This document shows, in pieces, positions 19,872 through 29,714 of a stretch of 44,009 nucleotides of DNA (its first letter is position 1; each line of letters starts with the position of its first letter). Source of the DNA: Oligoflexales bacterium (GTDB taxonomy: Bacteria; Bdellovibrionota_B; Oligoflexia; Oligoflexales; RGVZ01); NCBI GenBank assembly GCA_044236265.1, contig JBIIGV010000009.1:1-44009 (forward strand), given 5' to 3'. The translations under genes were made by a program, and so were the position numbers. A model generated the notes under the pieces. The model saw only the letters and a list, made by a program, of their open reading frames with translations, was not told the DNA's origin and did no database searches.

Positions 19872-20696
19872 ATGCATTTTACCAGTCTGCTGGATATAAT
19901 GGCCCCTCTCCACGGTTCGCAAAGTTATTGGAGCATCGCCGGTCCCGTGAAACGATTCAAAATTACAGACGAAGTCCCATTCCGTGTACAGTTATCGTGG
20001 CTAAATTTGTCATTTACAGCAGGTGCGATCAATGCCGGTGGTTTTCTTTCCTGTCAGCGGTTTGTGTCGCACGTTACCGGATTCGTCACGATCTCTGGCC
20101 TAAATTTTGAGCAGAGGGCCTGGGCGGAGGCCTTGAGTGCGCTTTCTATTCCCGGGTTTTTTCTGGGTGGTGCAGTTATTAGTGGAATGCTGACGGAATA
20201 CGAACAAAATGATGCAGCCCTGTCTAGACGGTTTGGATACGCCATGGGGGTCATTGCAATCACCTTGGCCGCGATCATTGCCTTTGGCGTCCAAGGGCTT
20301 TTTGGGCCCTTCGGTTTATCTGAAAAAATTACCGCCGACTTCCTATTGATCGCATTGCTCTGTGGCATTTGTGGACTACAAAACGCGGCAGTCACGTCAT
20401 TGACGGGAGCCTCTGTTCGTCCGACCCATTTGACTGGTACGACAACTGATCTGGGACTTGGTCTTGTGAGGGCGCTTCGCGCTAAGCCAGGATCTTCAGC
20501 GTTCGTCATTGAACGCCGAACGAATCGACGTCGTTTGGGATTAATCGTCGCATTTGTGACAGGGGTTATGGTTGGCTCAGCTTTGTTCTTTGAGCTGGAG
20601 TATCTGGGGTTCGCTTTACCCCTTGTGACAACCCTGATTTCGATGGTTGAGAGCATCGTGGATGTGCGATTCACGTCAATGCCAGAAGCCAAATAA
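19872..20696 (+). CDS. YoaK/DUF1275-family membrane protein
   Basis: AGAINAGGF...FVSHVTG, GLQNA and THLTGTTTDLG signature motifs. Confidence 0.85.
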   Translation: MHFTSLLDIMAPLHGSQSYWSIAGPVKRFKITDEVPFRVQLSWLNLSFTAGAINAGGFLSCQRFVSHVTGFVTISGLNFEQRAWAEALSALSIPGFFLGGAVISGMLTEYEQNDAALSRRFGYAMGVIAITLAAIIAFGVQGLFGPFGLSEKITADFLLIALLCGICGLQNAAVTSLTGASVRPTHLTGTTTDLGLGLVRALRAKPGSSAFVIERRTNRRRLGLIVAFVTGVMVGSALFFELEYLGFALPLVTTLISMVESIVDVRFTSMPEAK

Positions 20697-20708
20697 TTTC
20701 AGCAATCC

Positions 20709-20963
20709 TTATTTCAAACGTAGTCTGAACTGTTTGCGCATATGCTTGATGTAGTCCTTGATCGCGATTTCGTCATTTTCGTCCGGAAGTTCTCCGAATT
20801 CAGACTCCAGTTCATGGCGAAATCGTTCGTGCCACGAGGCAAACTCGTCGGCCGGGTCTCTCGTGCGAATGGATGACTTTTGTTTAAAGTGCTCATTCAA
20901 AGATAAACCTTTGATGGTGGCCGCCATGGCCTCTCGCTCAAGATGTTTGGTACTCATAGTCAT
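20709..20963 (-). CDS. Small hypothetical protein
   Basis: 84-aa helical, charged ORF filling the gap just downstream of tkt on the same strand. Confidence 0.55.
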   Translation of the reverse strand: MTMSTKHLEREAMAATIKGLSLNEHFKQKSSIRTRDPADEFASWHERFRHELESEFGELPDENDEIAIKDYIKHMRKQFRLRLK

Positions 20964-20980
20964 TACGGGCCGCTTTATTG

Positions 20981-22936
20981 TTATGCCTTGAAGTAATCAT
21001 TGATGCGCTTTGCCACTTTTGCGGGTGTAAAGCCGTACTCCTCAGCCAGATGCTCCATCGGGGCACTCGCTCCAAACTGATCGAGTCCGATGTTTAGACC
21101 ATCAAAGCCAGTGAACTTTTGCCAGCCAAGAGTTGTACCAGCTTCGATGCTGACCCGACGCTTACACTGCGGGGTCAGGATGGAATTGATGAAGCTGGAA
21201 TCTTGTTTGAAAAGTAATTCCCAGCAGGGGACGGATACAATTTTGGTTTTGAATCTGGTCAGATCTTTTGCGGCGGCCATCGCGAGCGACACCTCAGATC
21301 CTGTAGCAAAAATAACGACATCAGGGTTGTCTTCATTTTTGACCACCCAAGCCCCGCGGCGGCAATCTGCTTCCTGAGCCGGAGTCAGTTCGAGAACCGG
21401 AAGTTTTTGGCGAGACAGGCAAATGGCGGTGGGACGAGACAGTTTAAGAGCTTCCTGCATCATAATTTGAGTTTCCCGAGCATCTGCTGGGCGCATGACA
21501 AAGAAATCAGGCATCACTCGTAGGCTCATGACGTGCTCTACAGGCTGATGGGTCGGACCGTCTTCGCCGAGATAAAAACTATCATGGGTAAACTCGTGGA
21601 TAACGCGAACCTGTTGGATGGCACCCAAACGAAGTGCGGGTCGCGAGTAATCGGCAAATGTCAAAAAGGTAGCATCAAAGGGGATAATCCCACCGTGAAG
21701 CGCCATTCCGTTAGCAATCGCTGACATCGGGAATTCGCGGACTCCAAATGCAAGATTTCTACCTTTGGGTGTTTCTGCTTGAAAGTCACCCACAGCTTTT
21801 GCGAACGCGCCCGTCATATTTGATGGCTCGAGGTCTGCGCTGCCCCCCATGAGATTGGGGATATCGTGCGCCCATTGTTTTAAGACATCACCGAAGGCGT
21901 TACGTGTGGCAAGACTTCCACCTGCTGCCCATGTTACAGGGGTTAGTTTGCTCCAGTCTTCTTTCGCAAAGTATTGACTCCACGCAGCCGCAAATGTTTG
22001 ATCCTTCGCGCGGTCATTGACGGCATCTTTCCATTCTTTGGCCTTGGTTCGAAGCTCACCAAAGCGACGCTGAAAATGACGGCGGGCCTCGTCAGGGCAG
22101 TAGAAGTCTACGCCATCTGGTATTCCTAGCTTTTGTTTGGTTTTGGTTCTCTCGTCTGCTGATAGGGGTGCTCCGTGAGTTTCGTGATCTCCCTCTTGAG
22201 TGGCGCAGCCTTTGGCCATGATGGTGTTGCCAATAATGAGAGTCGGACGGTCGGATGTACTAGCCGCATTCAACGCGTTGCGAATGGCTTGATGATCGTG
22301 ACCATCAATGGTCAATACATTCCAGCCAAACCCTTTGAATACCAATTCCTCATTGTCGCTTGTGGCTCGGTTTATGTTTCCTGAAATTTGTTGACGATTG
22401 CGGTCATAGAACCAAATCAGGTTGTTCAGTTTTAAATGCCCCGCAAGAGATGCGGCGCCAAGGGTGACGTCCTCCTGCATACAGCCGTCACCCATGAGCG
22501 CGTAGATCTTATGTCCAAAAAGCTTTTGATCGATCGAAGCTGCGAGGTGGCGCGCCGCTATCGCAAAGCCGGCTGACATAGCGACACCCTGCCCGAGAGG
22601 GCCTGTTGTGCATTCAACGCCTTTCGTGTGGGTGTTTTCGGGATGTCCTGGTGTTTTACTATGAAGTTGACGGAATTTTTGCAATTCCTCCAACGGTAAC
22701 CAGCCCATCATATGCAACAAAGCGTACTGTAGCATCGACTCATGGCCGGCGCTCAAAATAAACCGATCGCGTCCCATCCATTGGCTGTCGTCAGGATCAA
22801 ATTTTAGGAATTCAGTAAAAAGTATGTAGGCAAAGTCCATGGAGCTCATGGCACCTCCGGGGTGCCCTGACTTTGCTTTGTTGACGCCGTCGATGACGAG
22901 ACCTTTGAGGATTGAGATCGTCTGCTGATCGTTCAT
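20981..22936 (-). CDS. tkt: Transketolase
   Basis: SGHPGGAM, DRFILSAGH, TPGHPE, TTGPLGQG, GDGCMQE and THDSFYLGEDGPTHQPVE. Start ATG 22936 with GGAG. Confidence 0.96.
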   Translation of the reverse strand: MNDQQTISILKGLVIDGVNKAKSGHPGGAMSSMDFAYILFTEFLKFDPDDSQWMGRDRFILSAGHESMLQYALLHMMGWLPLEELQKFRQLHSKTPGHPENTHTKGVECTTGPLGQGVAMSAGFAIAARHLAASIDQKLFGHKIYALMGDGCMQEDVTLGAASLAGHLKLNNLIWFYDRNRQQISGNINRATSDNEELVFKGFGWNVLTIDGHDHQAIRNALNAASTSDRPTLIIGNTIMAKGCATQEGDHETHGAPLSADERTKTKQKLGIPDGVDFYCPDEARRHFQRRFGELRTKAKEWKDAVNDRAKDQTFAAAWSQYFAKEDWSKLTPVTWAAGGSLATRNAFGDVLKQWAHDIPNLMGGSADLEPSNMTGAFAKAVGDFQAETPKGRNLAFGVREFPMSAIANGMALHGGIIPFDATFLTFADYSRPALRLGAIQQVRVIHEFTHDSFYLGEDGPTHQPVEHVMSLRVMPDFFVMRPADARETQIMMQEALKLSRPTAICLSRQKLPVLELTPAQEADCRRGAWVVKNEDNPDVVIFATGSEVSLAMAAAKDLTRFKTKIVSVPCWELLFKQDSSFINSILTPQCKRRVSIEAGTTLGWQKFTGFDGLNIGLDQFGASAPMEHLAEEYGFTPAKVAKRINDYFKA

Positions 22937-23169
22937 GGGGACTCCCGGAAGTTGTGGAGTCGGAAATTTACCCAAAGCACCGGAGATTGTCAGATTAATT
23001 TTTCAATCGGTTGGTCAGATCTAATGAGTTCGAAGGTCAAACGATTGGGGGTAAATGCGAGGGTGTGCTGGTTTCTTTACTCAATAATTACAACGTATTA
23101 AAATTAAGATAATACTTGTTTTCAGTCTGGCTTTGATTTTCCCGAACTATTGACTAAGGGGGGAAGGGG

Positions 23170-23721
23170 ATGTGTAAAAACAGAGGCGCAAAACCGCAGT
23201 GGTATTTAGCGGGTCATGTGTTTCCTGAGAACTCTCAATTGGGAATGAGTCTGGTCGCCATTTTGGTGGCAACAGGGATTTTGGGTATCGTCGCAGTGTC
23301 AATGAGTCGGATGTTCGCCACTCAAGCTGATTCGCAAAAAAAACTAGAAATGTCCGTGGCGTCGATGGCTGTCGTTAGAAATTTGAATATGCGCCTGATG
23401 GAGTATTGCCCTCCCACAACGACAGCAGCGCCTGTTGCGCTGCCATGGACAGTTCCGCCAACTTGCGCCGCACCGCCAGGCGGGACCTATGTGGAAATAA
23501 AGTCGACTTCGGGGGCGATCCTCATCAAGATGTTTGATCCAGCTGCGCCGCTGACAGCTCAACAAATGGGGGATTTGCTTGTGAGAGCGAAATGTATTGC
23601 TAATCCGCACAAGATCTTAAAAGTTGAAGCCGTTGATGCCAAGTGGCTTACAAATAACAAGGATACTCCGTGGTTTAATATAAGCCCTAAAATTCCGCTT
23701 GCGTGTGACATTGACCGTTAG
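23170..23721 (+). CDS. Type IV pilin/pseudopilin-like protein
   Basis: Class III-like signal SQLG|MSLVAILVATGILGIVAVSM followed by an amphipathic helix and paired Cys. Confidence 0.65.
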   Translation: MCKNRGAKPQWYLAGHVFPENSQLGMSLVAILVATGILGIVAVSMSRMFATQADSQKKLEMSVASMAVVRNLNMRLMEYCPPTTTAAPVALPWTVPPTCAAPPGGTYVEIKSTSGAILIKMFDPAAPLTAQQMGDLLVRAKCIANPHKILKVEAVDAKWLTNNKDTPWFNISPKIPLACDIDR

Positions 23722-23764
23722 CTTGTGAACGAACGATACCTTTGGTGAGAAGGGAAATGTTTTC

Positions 23765-24760
23765 ATGCCGGCTGAGGCTCCCCAAAAGCAAGGACATTCG
23801 GGTTGGCGGGTTTGTTTCGAATCTGCTGAATCGGGAGTGACTCCCGTTGACGCTATTTTGGCGGCTGGTCTTTTTGCAATTCTGGCGACGGCGACCATCC
23901 AAATTTTAGGTGATGCGGGCAAGAGGACGCGAGGCTTAAAAAATGAGAGCGATATCGCCAGTGTCGGTAATTACATTATGCAATTTACCGACTGCGCTAA
24001 GACTAGAGCCGATGCCGGTTTTACAGCAGCATGCGCTGGTTCTGGAGCTGTAAATATTCGGGATAAGCGCGACCAAATTATAGTTGCCAGCACTGGAACA
24101 ACGTTTGCTGATTACTTAACCGTAACTAACATCTGCAAAGATGGTGAGATCCAGTTGATGTACACAACGAACGTCAACTCCACACCATCAGCCTTGCTCT
24201 CTGGAATACCGATCTCATGCCCGAACACCACGGTGCCTCCTGCCTGTACTTTGGTGGCGAAGCGATTTCCCATGCCTCCGACGACTTGTACGATGACTGT
24301 TGTGTCGACAGGGGGTGCGATTGTTGGATCTCCGAAACTACCTGGTGTCAAGACGTTCAAAAACAAGGGCAGCACATGGACTGGAACCATGGGTTGTGGC
24401 GCAAACGATCAAACTTTCACGGCTACAATCACGGGATTGTCGGGAGAAACAGCAAGTTGTTCTGCTTCATTAACGTCGATACCTATTTGGATCCAAACCA
24501 ACGGCGGTCTCTGCTCCAATGTTTGCGCTGCCGCAAAGCGAGTTTCGGTGAGATCCCCGTTTTACAAAAATACTTGTGTCAGTGGCGAGGTAAGGGGAGA
24601 TGCCTTTGGAGTGGCATTTGTTCGCGGGGTTTGGGGTTCAGGTGCCGAATTTTTTAATTCAAATAGTTTTGGCGGGGAGTGTTATGGCAGCAATCCGCGT
24701 AAAGGACAAAAGCATGATCACGACCCTACGGACATTACCGTTGGCTGTTATTGTAAGTAG
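23765..24760 (+). CDS. Minor pilin-like protein with Cys-rich C-terminal domain
   Basis: AESG|VTPVDAILAAGLFAILATATIQIL, many Cys, C-terminus GQKHDHDPTDITVGCYCK. Confidence 0.6.
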   Translation: MPAEAPQKQGHSGWRVCFESAESGVTPVDAILAAGLFAILATATIQILGDAGKRTRGLKNESDIASVGNYIMQFTDCAKTRADAGFTAACAGSGAVNIRDKRDQIIVASTGTTFADYLTVTNICKDGEIQLMYTTNVNSTPSALLSGIPISCPNTTVPPACTLVAKRFPMPPTTCTMTVVSTGGAIVGSPKLPGVKTFKNKGSTWTGTMGCGANDQTFTATITGLSGETASCSASLTSIPIWIQTNGGLCSNVCAAAKRVSVRSPFYKNTCVSGEVRGDAFGVAFVRGVWGSGAEFFNSNSFGGECYGSNPRKGQKHDHDPTDITVGCYCK

Positions 24761-24935
24761 TTAGAATTTTTATTGCTACAATGTCCATGACTTGATGAAG
24801 ACGATTGAACTGTGAACTGTTGGAACAGAAAACGTGGTTGCTGACTGATGCAGGAAAATTTGACCGCTCCAAACACCTCCTCTTCAGAGGTCACTGAGGC
24901 GGGGTGAGATTCGGTATCCAGTAAAATAAGACGGT

Positions 24936-25067
24936 TTGGAATTTGACGCTCGTCTCCCAGTCGCTAAGTCACTGGTATGGGTAAGTCAGTCCGGAATGAC
25001 TATGCCGGCGGTTTTACTACGGACCAGCCCCATGCTAACCGCCGAAATGGGGCGGAAAGGATGGTAA
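24936..25067 (+). pseudogene. Possible truncated third prepilin-like gene remnant
   Basis: Manual translation from TTG 24936 gives MEFDARLPVAKSLVWVSQSG|MTMPAVLLRTSPMLTAEMGRKGW*, resembling SQLG|MSLVAILV of the first pilin. Confidence 0.3.
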
Positions 25068-25127
25068 CGGTAGCTGCTCGTGATGATGATGCTCCTGCCC
25101 ATCACTGATGCCGCCTTGACGGTGCTT

Positions 25128-26093
25128 TTATTTTTTTTGATCACTTGTCCCAAAGTTCTCCCACCATGTAGCCAAATCCATTGGCAGTGGAGACGTCCAA
25201 TGGAGCGTTTCCTTTGAGACGGGATGCTTAAATCCCAACTCCTCTGCATGGAGGCCAATCCGTGGGATGTTCGAATGATCCTCCACTGCGGGTTGCTCTC
25301 GATACGCTCCGGTGTAAACGCGGTCGCCGCAGAGAGGGTGACCGTTTTCCGACATGTGAATACGAATTTGGTGCGTTCTGCCGGTCTCCAGAGTGCAAGT
25401 CACTCGACTGATGATGTCGCCGCGCTGATTTTTTTTGGACTCAAGGCGGGAGATGTGAGTAATGGCTTCCTTGCCCAAGTTTTTGTGATGTGTCGATCCA
25501 CGTTTTCCGTCACCTCGATTTTCGACAAGTCGTGAACGAATGGTCTGTGACTTGGGTACCCCATGACAAAACGCAACATAGCGTCGAGCAATGTCATGCT
25601 CTCGAAATTGCTTGCCGAGCTCTCTTTCAGCGAGCACGGAGCGGGCAAAAACCATAATACCTGACGTGCCTTTGTCTAGACGATGAACAACCTTTAGTGG
25701 GGGGAGCTTTCGTCCGTCATTTTGCTCAAGCCATTTACGGGTCACGTCAATCAGCGTGCTGTTTGTCACGTGTTGCCCCCGTTCAAGCCGTTGCGTTTTT
25801 GTCGTGAAGGGGACGGATTCGATACCAGATTCCTTTTCAACGACGACGATATGCTCATCGTGGTAATAAACGCTCAGCTGTTGCCGCTGAACGTTATTTT
25901 CCACTGGTTTTTTTTGGGGACGTTCGTGAATCTCAATGTGCTCGGTTCCTTCTAGTCGGCGAGTATCGTCGGTGATGGTTTCACCGTTAACCGTAACTCG
26001 GCCCGATTTTATAGCCGCGCGGCATTCATTCCAGGACCACTCTGGTTTCCTGATGCGTACGTGCTTAGCCAATGTTGAAAGGTTGGTACTCAT
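25128..26093 (-). CDS. RluA/RluD-family pseudouridine synthase with S4 domain
   Basis: IKSGRVTVNG (S4), catalytic VHRLDKGTSG, LETGRTHQIRIH and GHPLCGD..Y. Likely start ATG 26093. Confidence 0.93.
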   Translation of the reverse strand: MSTNLSTLAKHVRIRKPEWSWNECRAAIKSGRVTVNGETITDDTRRLEGTEHIEIHERPQKKPVENNVQRQQLSVYYHDEHIVVVEKESGIESVPFTTKTQRLERGQHVTNSTLIDVTRKWLEQNDGRKLPPLKVVHRLDKGTSGIMVFARSVLAERELGKQFREHDIARRYVAFCHGVPKSQTIRSRLVENRGDGKRGSTHHKNLGKEAITHISRLESKKNQRGDIISRVTCTLETGRTHQIRIHMSENGHPLCGDRVYTGAYREQPAVEDHSNIPRIGLHAEELGFKHPVSKETLHWTSPLPMDLATWWENFGTSDQKK

Positions 26094-26115
26094 TAAGTCG
26101 ATCACATGAAAATTG

Positions 26116-27366
26116 TCAAATGGCTCTGCGAACACTGCATGTTAGACTGATAAATTCGATTTGGTAGTAACCGGGATTATCGCCACCAACGCCGACAGAT
26201 GTCGTGCCGGCTGAGCGAAATACCGCGGTTTTTGTTTCCCATTCATTGAATGTCTTCTGCCACATGAATGCTTGATTTCTGACTGGGATGGCATTGAACT
26301 GTCCGAATAGATGTCCAATTTCATGATGGGGTATGCCATCATTGTCCTTGTAGTAAAATCCCTCTCTCCAGTATGAGTCCAAATAAGCCGCACCCAATGC
26401 GAAAGTGCCATAGCTACCAGCATTATACGACGCTCGAGCTCCAACGTGATTGACGTCATGTAAATCGGCTTCTGTTGTACGACGGTTTAATCCATCACGA
26501 TGAATACCACGACCTTTGGCACCGAAAACGCGGTTGACGTTACCAGAGAGTTCTATGGCGCTTAAATTTGTTTTTACGTTTGTCAGTAAGACTCCAGGAT
26601 CATAATCCACTTGCTCTGTTTTGAACGGCGCCGATTCGACCGCCAACCTCGTCTTGCCAGAAAAAGCTTTCGTTAAGGGGAACATGTAAGCCAGGCCAAA
26701 AGTGTTAGAATCCCTGAGCCATGAAAGTCCTGTGACAGGTCGCACAAAGTTACCAGTTCCCTTCATATCCACCAAAATAGTTGCGGGGTTCGTAACAGCT
26801 GCACCTCGGAGTGTACGATGATCGTATGTGTAGATAAGTGACAGACCAGTTGCTAAGTTGATCTGCGGCCATAGATAGCTGGCGCCAAGAGCAAAATGAA
26901 ATTGCTTTTTTGAGGCTTTGACATTGAGCGCCTCCGGATTGCCGTCGACGCGTCGCGGTAGACCCTTAATGTCGAGGTCGGCGGAGCTCGATGGCATGAC
27001 AGCAAATCCCCAGGCCAGCTGATCCGACAGAAGTAAGCCCTTCCATCCCTCAGAAAACATGGGCGTTACCAGTGAAATGCGCACTGGGTCAAAGGCAGGA
27101 TGCTCATAACCATATTCAAGTCGTGCGACACCGAGCTCTCCAGAAAATCCAGGTTGGATACGGCTCATTACGGCTGGGTTATAAAAGAGGGTTTGCCCCT
27201 CCAAACAGTCACCTGCGGTTTCCATGGCGGCCGATTTGCATCCGGGCCCACCAGGGAACATTCCCAAAATATTTGCGTAGAGGTTAGAGGATAATGACGC
27301 TAATCCCAAATTCGGGAGAAGCATCCATGGGCTTACCTTGGCAAGAAAACAATTTTTTGCGTTCAT
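26116..27366 (-). CDS. FadL/OmpP1-like outer-membrane transporter
   Basis: Signal peptide, hatch-like GPGCKSAAM...LFYNPAVM containing the FadL NPA motif, then beta-strand pattern. Confidence 0.6.
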   Translation of the reverse strand: MNAKNCFLAKVSPWMLLPNLGLASLSSNLYANILGMFPGGPGCKSAAMETAGDCLEGQTLFYNPAVMSRIQPGFSGELGVARLEYGYEHPAFDPVRISLVTPMFSEGWKGLLLSDQLAWGFAVMPSSSADLDIKGLPRRVDGNPEALNVKASKKQFHFALGASYLWPQINLATGLSLIYTYDHRTLRGAAVTNPATILVDMKGTGNFVRPVTGLSWLRDSNTFGLAYMFPLTKAFSGKTRLAVESAPFKTEQVDYDPGVLLTNVKTNLSAIELSGNVNRVFGAKGRGIHRDGLNRRTTEADLHDVNHVGARASYNAGSYGTFALGAAYLDSYWREGFYYKDNDGIPHHEIGHLFGQFNAIPVRNQAFMWQKTFNEWETKTAVFRSAGTTSVGVGGDNPGYYQIEFISLTCSVRRAI

Positions 27367-27372
27367 GGTCCT

Positions 27373-28647
27373 CTATCTCGAAGTGATAGTTTGCGGCGTC
27401 GTTTGAAGGCTGCAGTGATTGATCGGATTTTGTATCACCCCGAGGTGAGTGCAGAATTCAAATGCGTAAACTAGCTGTGCTCCCATCGTGTCGCTGTCTT
27501 TGGGGAAAAGTAAATCAAAGACGTAGGCAGCCGCTTCTCCATAGGTTTCGCGGACCGCATCGGCAATGGTTGAACTCTCGAACGTAAAAGGGGCCTGGAC
27601 CGTGCGCTCAAGTTTTACGATCACGTGTTCCTTGGTGTTCAGGAAAAATCTGATGTTGGTATTCAGGCGGGTTAATTGGTCTATGTAAGGTCCTGCCTTT
27701 GGAAGATAAGGTTGGTTTGCGGTTCCATTGAACAGGCTAAATCCAATGGCGACCTCCGTATCGGCCTCCAGGCTTTGATTCAGCGCTTTGCGCAAGAATC
27801 CGCTCTGGCCTTGATCTGCAAGGTTACCGAGACCGATGCGATAAATCACCAAATTGCGATCAATGACCTCGATCCCCTGATCTTGACAGCCGACTGTTCC
27901 ACGATGAGTCGAGACTTCAAATGGCTTGGATGTAATACCGTCACCGATGACTGCAGCAAAGGAGTCTGCGCCATACTGTGAATTGGGGCTATAAGGGATA
28001 GCGATGGGTGATTTCGAGACCGGATCTCGGTAACAATAAGTCATGGTTTGACCCGAATCGGGGACCCAAACCATTCGTTCAATACAGACAAAGCCGTCAG
28101 GACAGCCTTTGTTTTTTTGCGCCCCTTCTAGAGTCCAGTCGATTAGCTGCGTTCCGCTTTGGCTCTCATCGCCTTTCATATTGGAAATGTTGTCACCACC
28201 ATTAGTGACGACTTTTTGGGTGACAAGATTCTGAGAGGCTCCATTTTGGCGAACAATCATTTCGAGACTCTCGGTTTTGGGCGCGCCGATGATGGTGCCG
28301 AGTAAACTAGAAAGCATGCTGTCAAGCATCCCCCCTTGAGAAATTTCCCCATTGAGCCCGTCAGTGCCTCGAGTGATTCGGCGAACTTGGTCCAAATTGA
28401 AGTAGCCAGAAAAGCTATAGTGACTTAACAGCTGATCCGTTGGCAGTGGTGACTCTTCTTCCACTGGAAGACGAGTTTGACCAGTCTCTTCGTTGGTACC
28501 TGACATTTCTGCATTGCCTGAGCTACGACCAAAAGTTTTTCCAGTTTCGTCATAGTGAGGTTTGTCACTGATGCCGCAGGCGACAACAAGTTGAACGCAG
28601 CAAACAATGAATATCGATGCTAGGGGTGCATTAGGGTTTAGTCGCAT
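27373..28647 (-). CDS. Hypothetical lipoprotein
   Basis: 424-aa ORF with lipobox-like LVVA|CG. Overlaps the upstream gene by 17 nt. Confidence 0.7.
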   Translation of the reverse strand: MRLNPNAPLASIFIVCCVQLVVACGISDKPHYDETGKTFGRSSGNAEMSGTNEETGQTRLPVEEESPLPTDQLLSHYSFSGYFNLDQVRRITRGTDGLNGEISQGGMLDSMLSSLLGTIIGAPKTESLEMIVRQNGASQNLVTQKVVTNGGDNISNMKGDESQSGTQLIDWTLEGAQKNKGCPDGFVCIERMVWVPDSGQTMTYCYRDPVSKSPIAIPYSPNSQYGADSFAAVIGDGITSKPFEVSTHRGTVGCQDQGIEVIDRNLVIYRIGLGNLADQGQSGFLRKALNQSLEADTEVAIGFSLFNGTANQPYLPKAGPYIDQLTRLNTNIRFFLNTKEHVIVKLERTVQAPFTFESSTIADAVRETYGEAAAYVFDLLFPKDSDTMGAQLVYAFEFCTHLGVIQNPINHCSLQTTPQTITSR

Positions 28648-29491
28648 TTTTATACCCTTTCTCCATCAGCTCCCTTGTCATTTCCATGGCTGATTTTTTT
28701 GCACGATCGTAAAGACCTTGGCTGCTGACTTTGCGGTGTTCAAGTTTTATGGTGATGCCTGTGTTGTTTGGGCGACTCTGATAGATCACTAATTGCGAGA
28801 ACGAGATGATTCGAGCAAAATCATCCGTCGCATAGTTTAAATGAATAAATGTATTTTCGTCCAACGTATATAGGGTGTTTGTCCCCTGATAACCGATATC
28901 GTACAAATCTTTATTGGCTCGAAAGCGGTATTTAATCCCTTGTTCCCAAGTGGTTCCCGATAAATTTCGGTGCTCCCGTGTTCCACTTAGCCATTGAAAC
29001 CCTTGAGATTTAAATTCGTCGTAGTTTTCGAAGGCTAAACGAAGCGGTTTCATAAAGCGCTCGATCGCGACCGGTACTGTGACAATCGAGGCATGAACGT
29101 CCTCGTAGTCTTTTTGCTTGTCAGATTCCATCTCGTACACATGAATATAGCGATTTAACGTTGATGCGTTGCCATCCCAGCCGCATGAGGTATCGCTGAG
29201 TGAGGATATCAGTTTTTTGTCGGCGCATAGTACGGAGTGCAGTTTGGAAAATGCGGGGTTAGTTTTAATGTCATTCTCGCAGAGAGTCTGTAGGGACGGG
29301 GGTAGCGCGCTGGCAGCTTTCTGAAAACAGCGCGTGCTCAATTCCTTAGACTCTTGTCCGTCAGCCTGTGCACTGGGGTCCATCGGCCATTGACTGGGGT
29401 CTGCATTGCGGCCGGTATTGGTTTTTGGACCGCAGGACAAAAGCCCCCCAAGCAATGTTAGCAGTAATAATTTTGGTAACTTAGCAGCCAT
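28631..29491 (-). CDS. Hypothetical lipoprotein
   Basis: Clear lipobox MAAKLPKLLLLTLLGGLLS|CG and four further Cys in the N-terminal half. Confidence 0.75.
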   Translation of the reverse strand: MAAKLPKLLLLTLLGGLLSCGPKTNTGRNADPSQWPMDPSAQADGQESKELSTRCFQKAASALPPSLQTLCENDIKTNPAFSKLHSVLCADKKLISSLSDTSCGWDGNASTLNRYIHVYEMESDKQKDYEDVHASIVTVPVAIERFMKPLRLAFENYDEFKSQGFQWLSGTREHRNLSGTTWEQGIKYRFRANKDLYDIGYQGTNTLYTLDENTFIHLNYATDDFARIISFSQLVIYQSRPNNTGITIKLEHRKVSSQGLYDRAKKSAMEMTRELMEKGYKNATKP

Positions 29492-29636
29492 GACAAGTCC
29501 GATCCACGAGGTTTTTGCACCAAAAAGTTTACAGTATTTTGGTACGTTTTAACCTAATTCTATTAATAAATAAAGGTGTTTTTATGAATTAGACTTGATC
29601 AATAATTTCAGGTTCTTAGGTTTATTCGCACCGGGT

Positions 29637-29674
29637 AAAAAACAACCGGCCAGATCTTGAAGATCTGGCCGGTT
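29637..29674 (-). terminator. Intrinsic terminator
   Basis: 14-bp stem AACCGGCCAGATCT-tga-AGATCTGGCCGGTT with a U-tract on the minus strand, downstream of the 29715..30164 gene. Confidence 0.8.
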
Positions 29675-29714
29675 TAATTATGGATTTGCACCGGGTCTGA
29701 GGTTTAACGCTCCT

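Noticed and set aside
24761..25127. Intergenic gap as an ncRNA or riboswitch, or the 24986..25258 minus ORF as a gene
   Set aside because: No recognisable RNA family motif or extended stem. The ORF overlaps the pseudouridine synthase 3' end and lacks features.
29628..29696. Direct repeat GCACCGGGT flanking the terminator hairpin
   Set aside because: Only 9 bp and two copies. It could suggest a target-site duplication but is too weak to support.
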